Source: Octopus bimaculoides (lineage: Eukaryota). From it: DNA of 38,147 nucleotides. The first letter of the stretch is position 1; each line of letters opens with the position of its first letter. Location of the stretch: the NCBI RefSeq assembly GCF_001194135.2, contig NC_068983.1, positions 119,350,502 through 119,388,648 of the forward strand, in the 5' to 3' direction. Shown piece by piece: positions 24,208 to 33,883 of the stretch. Made by a program: the position numbers and the translations under genes. The notes beneath the pieces are model-generated. The model was not told the origin of the DNA, made no database searches, and worked only from the letters and a program-made list of their open reading frames with translations.

Positions 24208-24420
24208 TGAATTTCATTAGCTTACAGCTGTTTCTTGCTACAGGATGCAATGAACTCATAGTTGAGTGCTTGTGTGTCACTCTATAGGTTAATCGGAGCT
24301 TCAGAAATGAAGTGCACTTCATTTTTGAAGCTCCCAAGGAGCCATAGAGTGATACACAAGCACTCAGCTATGGTCGCATTGCATCTTATAGCAGAAACAC
24401 CCATAAGCTAATGAAATTCA
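24208..24420. repeat. 213-bp imperfect palindrome (fold-back element)
   Basis: Ends TGAATTTCATTAGCTTA / TAAGCTAATGAAATTCA. Centre GGAGCTTCAGAAATGAAGTGCACTTCATTTTTGAAGCTCC with no loop. Confidence 0.85.
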
Positions 24421-24461
24421 TAACGTAATTTATTCTCTTGTCATTTATTTAATTTATCAGT

Positions 24462-24508
<47 letters not shown>

Positions 24509-24897
24509 NNNNNNNNNNNNNNNNNNNNNNNNNNNTATATATATAAACAATATATGAGTATATGCATAAATATGTACATGTATGTACATACCTTCATCTA
24601 TATGTACATATAGATACAAAACTGGGTACATGATGTGGCAAAAGAACATGGACAAAATGATAAACAAGGTACAACAAACAAGCAAGCCACATAGAAACAT
24701 CTCCTTCATCAGCTGCTACCATTAAAACACCAGCGTTGAAGTGTTGAGTAGAGCACTGGCACAGTTTGGGTTACTTGATGTCATCCACAGTTGGGGTGTA
24801 TTTCCATTAGATCTACTTCAGGAACTCCGCAGTAATAGTTGAGATAATGATAATTTATCAAGTAACCAGAAGATAGATTTGCTATTAATCTTTATTT

Positions 24898-25003
24898 TGT
24901 ACTACGGTCGTTTCGACCCATCCTGCTGCTTTCCCTTATGTGTGAGAATCTGTTCAACATGTTGTATTGCATCCATTTTGCAGTCTGGGTCTCTTCAGGT
25001 ACA
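24898..25003 (-). ncRNA. Type I hammerhead ribozyme with intact core, in a Penelope-like terminal repeat
   Basis: Minus strand: stem I UGUAC(25003-24999)/GUACA(24902-24898); CUGAAGA (24998-24992); stem II GACCCA...UGGGUC with a long loop; GAAA (24914-24911); short stem III ACG-AC-CGU; GUA triplet. Predicted cleavage is between 24903 and 24902. Confidence 0.8.
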
Positions 25004-25136
25004 TCCATACATAAAGTTGTGTCTCGCTAAAGTTCCTGAATTTAGGCTGTCATGTTGTTATGTGCCCGTCTAGTTGAAGAATCAACATGACAGCCTAAAC
25101 TCAGGATCTTTAGCGAGACACAACTTTATGTATGGA

Positions 25137-25239
25137 TGCACCTGATGAAACCCAGACTGCAAAATGGATGCAATACATGTTGAACGGAGTTCCACCCATA
25201 AGAGACAGTAGCAGGATGGGTCGAAACGACCGTAGTACA
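25137..25239 (+). ncRNA. Type I hammerhead ribozyme, partly degenerate second copy
   Basis: UGCAC-CUGAUGA(25142-25148)-A-ACCCA...UGGGU-C-GAAA(25223-25226)-CGACCGU-A(25234)-GUACA. It has an A10.1/C11.1 mismatch and one stem I mismatch, and is followed by AATAAA. Confidence 0.65.
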
Positions 25240-25288
25240 AAATAAAAATTAATACCAAATCAACCTTCTGGCTACTTAATAAATTAGC

Positions 25289-25336
<48 letters not shown>

Positions 25337-25340
25337 TACA

Positions 25341-26660
25341 CAGGGGTTGGGCAAAATAATGGAAACACCTTATAATTTCAAACAAATTTATTTTAATATG
25401 GGGTAGGACCGCGTTTGGCAGTAATTACAGCTTGAATTCTACGAGGTATGGACCCATACAAAGTTTGAATTGTTTGCAAAGGAATTTTTGTCCATTCTTC
25501 AGCTAGAACTTCTCCAGTTCTTGTAGTAATGATCGCGGAGGATATCAACTCCTTACTTGGTTTTCTAAAATATGCCATAAATGTTCAATAATATTGAGAC
25601 CTATGGATTGTGGTGACCAGATAAAATGTTCAACTTCACTAGAATGTTCCTCATGCCATTCAGTAACAACTTTAGTTGTGTGAATTGGTGCATTATCATC
25701 CTGAAAGATTGCGTTTCCCTCCGGAAACAGTTCCGCAACCATAGGATGAATTTCATCAGATAAAATGCTTAAATAGTCTTGACTATTAATTCAGCCATGA
25801 AGGGAAACTATTAGGCCGGTGGATTTCCAAGATGTAGCCCCACCCCCGCCCAACCGATCATCACAGATCCTTCCCCATGTTTAACAGTTGGAAGAAGGCA
25901 GTCTGGGTCAAATGCTTCTTTTAGCTGTCTCCACACGTATACTCGACCGGTGGTCGGANNNNNNNNNNNNNNNNNNNNNNNNNNNNNNNNNNNNNNNNNN
26001 NNNNNNNNNNNNNNNNNNNNNNNNNNNNNNNNNNNNNNNNNNNNNNNNNNNNNNNNNNNNNNNNNNNNNNNNNNNNNNNNNNNNNNNNNNNNNNNNNNNN
26101 NNNNNNNNNNNNNNNNNNNNNNNNNNNNNNNNNNNNNNNNNNNNNNNNNNNNNNNNNNNNNNNNNNNNNNNNNNNNNNNNNNNNNNNNNNNNNNNNNNNN
26201 NNNNNNNNNNNNNNNNNNNNNNNNNNNNNNNNNNNNNNNNNNNNNNNNNNNNNNNNNNNNNNNNNNNNNNNNNNNNNNNNNNNNNNNNNNNNNNNNNNNN
26301 NNNNNNNNNNNNNNNNNNNNNNNNNNNNNNNNNNNNNNNNNNNNNNNNNNNNNNNNNNNNNNNNNNNNNNNNNNNNNNNNNNNNNNNNNNNNNNNNNNNN
26401 NNNNNNNNNNNNNNNNNNNNNNNNNNNNNNNNNNNNNNNNNNNNNNNCTCTTTGAAAGTCCGATAGATCTGTCATTTTAATGAATTTTAATTACCTTTTT
26501 CCGATGATATATGAAAAGAAACAGCAATTTTAGCAAAACATATTAAGCAACAATAATAATAAATCAAAAACATAAAAATAAACAAACTTTTGACGGTTTT
26601 ATAGATATTTCAAAATTATGATGCTGTGATGCTAGGTGTTTCCATTATTTTGTCCAGCCC

Positions 26661-26663
<3 letters not shown>
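25341..26663 (-). mobile_element. Tc1-like DNA transposon with 29-bp TIRs and DD36E spacing, defective
   Basis: TIRs CAGGGGTTGGGCAAAATAATGGAAACACC (25341-25369) and its near reverse complement (26635-26663, 2 mismatches), with TA on the right flank. Transposase runs from MTDLSDFQR (26475) through PTVKHGEGSVM and FQDDNAPIH...LNIIEHLW to GPTPY* (25393). Gap at 25959-26447. Confidence 0.92.
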
Positions 26664-26700
<37 letters not shown>

Positions 26701-28502
26701 GCTTGTTCAGGTTCAGAGATTTAGAAAAACATTACCACTTCGAATAAGCTATTCGAAGTGTTAGAACAGGGAGTTCAAGAAAAGCCGTTTTGTTGGACTC
26801 ACCGAATGCACACACACACACACACATACACAAATACGCGCGCGCGCTCATGTACGCACACATGCACGCACACGCATACACACACATATGCACGCACGCA
26901 TTCACACACATACACACATGCACGCGCCCGCACGCGCACACACGCGCGCACACAATCACTCACATACACACATCCAGACATAGATACAAACACACGCATA
27001 CATATATACATTCGTACATGTACATATAAAAAAAAATGAATATACTACGGAATACCAAATAATCTCATTCTTCCGTCTTTGCAATTTTACGGTTGAAATT
27101 TTGTCAATCTGACGTCTCTTCTTTCTTGATTCAAAAGTCAGCGAAACCATTCCAGGAAATAATAGCCAAATCTTTCTCAAATCACATCCTGTCGTCTTTA
27201 TAAAGGGAAACAATACAGTACAAAAGGTAGACTTACACACGTTTCTGAATGAAAAGCGTATTAGCAGAAATGACTGCATATCAACCAAGTGTGCATATTA
27301 GTGATCAGAGCTCTTGGAGCTAAATAACAACACGCGCGCACATACATACATATACATACATACAAGCTTGCATTCATACATTACATACATGCATGCATGC
27401 ATACATACATACATACATACATACATACATACATACATACATACATGCATACATACATACATACATACATACATACATCAACGGTCCTTATGGAGACAAA
27501 CTTCATGTTGGGCATTTATTTTTATTTTCTCATTTTTCTTGTCTTTTCTCTCCTCTTTTCACTTTACAACCTATTTCGTAAGAAGACAATGTACAAACCT
27601 TATAATTAACTCTTTATGTAAAAAAAAAAATGCATGCCTGCGAAATACTAGATCTTAAACGGTAAAAGTGCCAGGTTAGGGATCTCATCACAGACTGATT
27701 GAACCTGCAAGTGGTACTAAGAAACCAATAATACCTTTTCCATGATCGAGTAGTTGGCGGCTAAACTGGCTCCTTCATTTGAGTAGCGTACTACTCTTTT
27801 TGAGGAGAGTGTCTCGACACCCAGGTGAGCTAAAAATAATACCTGTCGAAGGTCATCTAGTTAAGGAAGGCAATGACAGAACGAAACAATGCTAAGGGTT
27901 TATACGATGGAAGAACTCGAGCTTAATGGGAAAGACTTTCGTTGTAGATTCATCAGCGCACTGTGAAAACCGTGCGATATACAGCGACGAAATGGTTTTA
28001 CAAACCTAAAGAAATAGAACACTAGGAACTAGCAGTGTTTCATACGCTACCACAATATAGTTTGCATGGACCCTCGATTATAAGAAAATACGGTATGACA
28101 AAAACTATTTACTTGTCCGTTGATGAATGCAGGTAATATGACCGACACCCACTCACCATTGCTAAAAATATCTTAACTCTTCATATGCCGTATCATACAT
28201 GGCATATGCTCATATTTATATCATTAATGTATTGTAATTCTTTCATTACAACAGTAACATCTTAGTGTTTTTTTTTTTTTTGCTAAAATAATTTAGGTTT
28301 TTGTTGTTTTTTTTTTTTGAAAGAAAAACTGATAAGTGTATAGATATATACATATATTAATTGCTAGCAAGGACACAGTATTTCATTTTGCAACCACACT
28401 CCACTACCAAATATATTAAAGGTTCACAAGTCGATATTGTGCCTTACTTTTGTGTTAGCAGCACGATGTTCTCATTTTTATGTTTATTACTACGGATTCT
28501 CC

Positions 28503-28962
28503 ATAAAATTCGGAGATAGCACGGAAAGTTGTGACGTTTCGTATACGAATACGTAAACAATGCAATCGAAAATAATTATTTCAAATCTTTGCCACAAGGG
28601 CAGCTTGGAGGAGGTGGAAATAAATCGATTACATCAACCCCAGTGTTCAACTGGTACTTATTTTATCGATTCAGATAGGATGAAGGGCAAAGTCTACCTC
28701 AGCGGAATCTCAACTCAATGCAATCGAAAATAATAAAAGTAGGCAATGTGTGTATATGCATATTTGAAGAGTTATTGAACATGCATATTTCAAGAGGCAT
28801 TGTTCTTTCATCAACACCACATTACAATGTGGTACTGATAAAAGAGCAATAACTATTGAAATATGCATATACACTCATTATTTTTCTATCTTCGATCGCA
28901 TTGTTTACATTGGCGTATTCGTATACAAAATGTCATTACTTTCAGTGCTGGCTGAATTCTAT
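28503..28962. repeat. Diverged fold-back element centred at about 28824, left arm interrupted by a SINE fragment
   Basis: TGACGTTTCGTATACGAATAC...GTAAACAATGCAATCGAA pairs with TTCGATCGCATTGTTTAC...GTATTCGTATACAAAATGTCA. Centre ACCACATT-AC-AATGTGGT. Confidence 0.75.
28577..28715 (-). mobile_element. 5'-truncated SINE (family B, Meta-domain-like body) with 19-bp TSD
   Basis: Direct repeat CAATGCAATCGAAAATAAT at 28558-28576 and 28716-28734. The insert reads GAGGTAGACTTTGCCCTTCATCC...ATCGATAAAATAAGTACCAG...TTTGAAATAA on the minus strand. Confidence 0.8.
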
Positions 28963-29664
28963 AAAAATGTGTGCAGATAAATTTTAAAACACACACACNN
29001 NNNNNNNNNNNNNNNNNNNNNNNNNNNNNNNNNNNNNNNNNNNNNNNNNNNNNNNNNNNNNNNNNNNNNNNNNNNNNNNNNNNNNNNNNNNNNNNNNNNN
29101 NNNNNNNNNNNNNNNNNNNNNNNNNNNNNNNNNNNNNNNNNNNNNNNNNNNNNNNNNNNNNNNNNNNNNNNNNNNNNNNNNNNNNNNNNNNNNNNNNNNN
29201 NNNNNNNNNNNNNNNNNNNNNNNNNNNNNNNNNNNNNNNNNNNNNNNNNNNNNNNNNNNNNNNNNNNNNNNNNNNNNNNNNNNNNNNNNNNNNNNNNNNN
29301 NNNNNNNNNNNNNGTATGTATGTATGTATGTATGTATATGTATATAAGTGTGTATGTGTGCGTGCGTGCGTGCGTGCGTGTATGCATATGTTGATATTAT
29401 ACTGCGAAGCAACGTTTATCGCCGCTTAAACGTGACCGTTCTGTAGGAACCAACGTAACTCCTATATTTTAGAACTGCAACCTCCTTACAAAAGGAAAGG
29501 CAGCGCCAACAACTGCCCATCACTATGTCCCTCACCCACAAAAGAAGAGAAGACACGGGTACCCCTAAGAGCGTGCGGGTTGTTTATAAAAGCTTAAATA
29601 TATATAAAAAATAATAAAATAAATATATAGCAATTATAAAAATAATTTTAAAAATATACAGTAC

Positions 29665-29740
29665 TGTTTCTACTTCGCGGATTTTCACCTACCGCGGGTT
29701 TTTTTGGAACGTAACACCCGCGATAGTCGAGGGATTACTG
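29665..29740. mobile_element. Tigger/pogo-like MITE terminus
   Basis: ...CGCGATAGTCGAGGGATTACTG|TA, i.e. TA-CAGTAATCCCTCGACTATCGCG on the other strand. The partner terminus was not found. Confidence 0.55.
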
Positions 29741-30210
29741 TAATAGTAAATACCCGTCACATCACATCCCACGCTTCAGGAATCTATATCGAGGTGTTCT
29801 GTAGTTCAGGAAAGACACGGGATGGAAGACTTTTTATTATATGCTTGCTTGATCAAGTCTGATCTGGAGCTCAACAACATTTATATCACAATAGTTACTG
29901 TAAATTTATTAGGACATTTTTAGAGTTACTGTTAAAATTCGTAAATATTACTTAGCTCCAAGTTTTAAATTCTTGAGAAAGAATAAAGAAAATGAAACAA
30001 GTTGCTAGGAATTTCGCTGATCATATAATCCGCTTTATATAAACAAATCAACAAGGCGTTAACAATACAAGTAGATTTCAGTATTACAAATGGAATAAAG
30101 ATTTCTTACATTGTTTCATTATAACAAATTCATAGAATAAGTGTACTGTAGATTAAACCATGAATGTCTTTAAATAACCAAGATTACTAATGTGGCGTGA
30201 GTTATGAATA

Positions 30211-31436
30211 TCTTTTTTATCTTTTGCTTGTTTCCGTCATTAGACTGCGGCCATGCTAGGATACTCCTTTGAAATATTTTAATCGAGCGAATCAACGCCT
30301 GTACTGTTTTTTTCTAAGCCTAGTACTTATACAGTCCGTCTCATATGCCGAAGTGCTAGGTTACGGAGACGTAAACAAACAACGCTAGTTGTCAAGCGGT
30401 CGGTGGAGGATAAACTCAGACACGAAGACACACGTAGATACGGGGTAGTATCGAAAGATAATGTTTAATAACTAGTTATTAAACATAACCTAATTATGTT
30501 TAATTTTAAAAAATAACTTATTTACCTAAGTTTTAACATCATCTCCTTCGAAATAGTCACCTTGCATAGCAATTCACCGGCCCCAGCGTTCCTGCCACTT
30601 TTGGAATGCGACCTGGAAGTCGTTTTCCGTCAGCGAGTCAAAGACCTTCTGCGATTTGCTCTCGATCTTGATAAAGGTGTTAAAACGGTGACGTTTGAGC
30701 AGCATTTTCATCTTGGGGAAGAGATAGAAGTCTGCAGGTGGTAAATTTGGCGAAAGGGCGGGTGCGGAAACGATACCATGTTGTTTTGATGAGAAACTTA
30801 CGAGTGAAGAAAGCATGGTGAAGAATCTAATCCTTCGCGCCTCATAGATCCGGTCGTTTTAATCAAATGTCCTCCCTCAAACGCTTCAAAACGGCCCTGG
30901 GGGAAAAATTCAATTCTCGATGCACAATACCACATTTCCAGGTGACACTCGTGGCAGGTCTTCCAGATGACTCCTCATCTTCCAGGGACTTTCTTCCACT
31001 TTTGAAGCGCCCGTCACCGTAAGCTTGCCAAAGCATGCTCAATGTCTCTATAGCAGACTTACCAAGTTTAACGCAAAATTTCACGTTGGTTCTTTGTTCC
31101 TGTCCATGACAAAATAGCAAACTACAGCATACACGTGATCCCCAAATTTCACAACTTGCGAAGTAAACACAGCAATGCCACTTTGTACACTGTCTCATGA
31201 AGACCACTGGTAGCTCTCACTGCGCACTCAACTGTATGCTGCCATCTAACGGCGCGCAACAGAACTAGTCCGGGAACTTTTTGATATTACCTCATGTACA
31301 GATATATGACGGGCTTCTTTCAATTTCCGTCTACCAAAATTCACTCACATGGCTTTAGTCGGCACGAGGCTATAGTAGAAGACGCTTGCCCAAGGTGCCA
31401 CGCAATAGAACTGAACCTGGAGCCATGTGGTTGGAA
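30211..31436 (-). mobile_element. SINE family A copy split by a mariner insertion (halves 30211-30438 and 31299-31436)
   Basis: The tail half lies left and the head/body half right of the mariner, and they join collinearly at the internal microsatellite. Confidence 0.75.
30441..31296 (-). mobile_element. mariner transposon relic, internally deleted, TA TSD
   Basis: Related termini TA|CGGGGTAGTATCGAAAG and CTTTTTGATATTACCTCATG|TA. Transposase pieces EQRTNVKFCVKLGKSAIETLSML and SPNLPPADFYLFPKMK...FQKWQERW...GDYFEG (about 31107-30526) with stops and frameshifts. Confidence 0.85.
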
Positions 31437-31466
31437 TAAATAAATTATGAATAAATATGTTTTACT

Positions 31467-31585
31467 TTCGGTTTCCGTCTATCAAATCCACTCACAAGGC
31501 TTTTGTTGGTCCGGGGCTATTATAGAAGACACTTGCCGAAGATGCCACAGAGTAGGACTGAACCCGGTACTATATGGTTGGGCAT
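31467..31585 (-). mobile_element. SINE family A fragment
   Basis: TTTCCGTCTATCAAATCCACTCACAAGGCTTT...GACTGAACCCGG is the reverse complement of the family-A body and head. Confidence 0.7.
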
Positions 31586-31729
31586 CAAAGACCTTATCAC
31601 AAATCTATTTGACGTGTGATTAATAAATAATATCTAATCTGTCTGTGAGATCAGGTCTTAGTTCTCATTGTAAATCACCGAAGCCTCTGTAGTTTAAAAA
31701 CGGGGCCCAATTTAAGACTGAGATTAAAT

Positions 31730-31971
31730 TTTTGTTGGCACTCCGTCGCTTACGACGTCGAGGGTTCCAGTTGATAGGCCGTTGACCAAACACCATTCAA
31801 TTTTTTTTCTCCGTGTTTTTCTCCTTGTTTTCTCCGTATTCTTTCTGTTGAAGAGCGTAGCTCGAAACGTTAAAGACTTTCCGTATTCCCGAGCGTCATA
31901 CTAATACATCCTTTTGTTGTTTACACCACCTGTCCTCGTCTGTTGTTGTTTTGTTTTTTTCGTACATTCTC

Positions 31972-31975
<4 letters not shown>
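31730..31975 (+). mobile_element. Probable Penelope-like terminal fragment with a minimal hammerhead-like motif (31840-31876)
   Basis: UCUUU-CUGUUGA-A-GAGC(GUA)GCUC-GAAA-CGU-U-AAAGA: stems I and II and a palindromic ACGU stem III are present, but A6 is U and position 17 is U. Confidence 0.5.
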
Positions 31976-32023
<48 letters not shown>

Positions 32024-32516
32024 TGTGGGTGTATGCGTATTTATTCAATTTCCACATCGTTTTCATACTCTAGTTATTTTTGTCCGGTTGCGAGGACATA
32101 GAAGTACATGAAATTTGGTCAATGGGCAAGTGGTAAACCTACTGGAAGCATTGGACCCTTAGTTCTAGTTAAGTTATTCGTATGGGATATGGGATATCCA
32201 AATTCAAACTCCTGCTGTCTTTCAGATAAGATTTTGCCAAGTGGTTGCTATTGACAGACCTCCAACTAAGGGTCATATAGTTTCATGAGGTCAAAGAAGG
32301 CAGCAGAAGCTAAAGAAAATAAACCTGGCAGACTTATCGGAGTGGAGGCTCTGAATCACTTTCCTGTCAAATTTTGCCAAGTTTCCGGCTAGTCTGGTAT
32401 CATCTTAAACTATACTGAACATATTTTATCGCTGGATCCAGAGGTTTCGGAACGAAAAGATGTAAGATACCGTGTAAGTTCTCTCCACTTAAAAACTAGA
32501 TCGTGGATGGTTTCAC

Positions 32517-32740
32517 ACTGCGGCCATGCTGGAGCATCCCCTTTAGTTGAAGAAATCCACCCTGGACTTATTCTTTGTAAGCCTAGTACTTATTCTATCG
32601 GATCCGATGTTGGTGTGTTTACGTCCCCGTAACTTAGCGGTTCGGCAAAAGGGTCCGATAGAATAAGTACTAGGCTTCCAAAGAATAAGTCCAGGGGTTG
32701 ATTTCTTCAACTAAAGGCGATGCTCCAGCATGGCCGCAGT
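32517..32740. repeat. Inverted duplication of the SINE family A 3' region (arms 32517-32602 and 32654-32740)
   Basis: About 86-bp arms differing at only a few positions, 51-nt spacer of SINE sequence, junction palindrome ATCGGATCCGAT. Confidence 0.85.
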
Positions 32741-33821
32741 CTTAAACTAGTAAAAGTATATATATATTAGTTGAAAAATCAAACACCAAGGCAGAACGAG
32801 TATCTCAATTTTTATTTAATTAGGGTAAGGTGATTTTGAAGTTTACAGCCGTTTGTGGGATACCCCAAGAGGTAGATTAGTATGTCCACAAACTGGGCAC
32901 TCCGTCATCAGAGACAAAATATGAATATTTTAGACAGGGAAAATTTACAATTTACAAGGAAGAAAATTCACAGCTTATAAGGAATAAAATAGAATAAACT
33001 AGAAGAATATTAGTGAGTTTTAACTTCTTAAACTCACTAATACTCTGTATGCATCCTTCAAAAGAACCAAAAGTAACCTAAGCCCTATAAGCTCATAATA
33101 ACCCCGAAGAAGTTCTACCCCATATAGTTAGAATATGATATCATTCTTAGCATTTAACCAAATGCTTAGAATCTCTGATCAACTAGGGGATAGTACTGAA
33201 ACACATATGTAGAGTTTTTTTTTGTTTTTTTTTTGTGAGCTTTACAACTTATAATCAACTTATTTGTTCTGTTATGTTTTTTAAAAGAAATTTTCAACAT
33301 CCTATAACATACAAATAAATTATTCATACATCCATTTTTTCACCATTTTCTTTTCCTTCAATATTGATGATATATATAATTTCAACAATCTCTAACATAT
33401 ACCAGTGACTTTTGCATTATATGATAGAGATTAACCAGTGGAATATTTGGGGTTATATAATCCCTAATGAGTATATTACTTCCTCAAATTAAACTATATA
33501 TATATATATATATATATNNNNNNNNNNNNNNNNNNNNNNNNNNNNNNNNNNNNNNNNNNNNNNNNNNNNNNNNNNNNNNNNNNNNNNNNNNNNNNNNNNN
33601 NNNNNNNNNNNNNNNNNNNNNNNNNNNNNNNNNNNNNNNNNNNNNNNNNNNNNNNNNNNNNNNNNNNNNNNNNNNNNNNNNNNNNNNNNNNNNNNNNNNN
33701 NNNNNNNNNNNNNNNNNNNNNNNNNNNNNNNNNNNNNNNNNNNNNNNNNNNNNNNNNNNNNNNNNNNNNNNNNNNNNNNNNNNNNNNNNNNNNNNNNNNN
33801 NNNNNNNNNNNNNNNNNNNNN

Positions 33822-33883
<62 letters not shown>

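Larger units (their letters stand above)
24844..25293. mobile_element. Head-to-head inverted pair of Penelope-like pseudo-LTRs (fold-back element)
   Basis: Arms about 24844-25057 and 25083-25293 are reverse complements with a 25-nt spacer. Each carries a hammerhead core followed by an AATAAA-like signal, as known for Penelope-like element termini. Confidence 0.7.

Noticed and set aside
33008-33042. 13-bp perfect hairpin TATTAGTGAGTTT/AAACTCACTAATA
   Set aside because: Isolated AT-rich stem with no supporting context, and bacterial-type terminators do not apply here.
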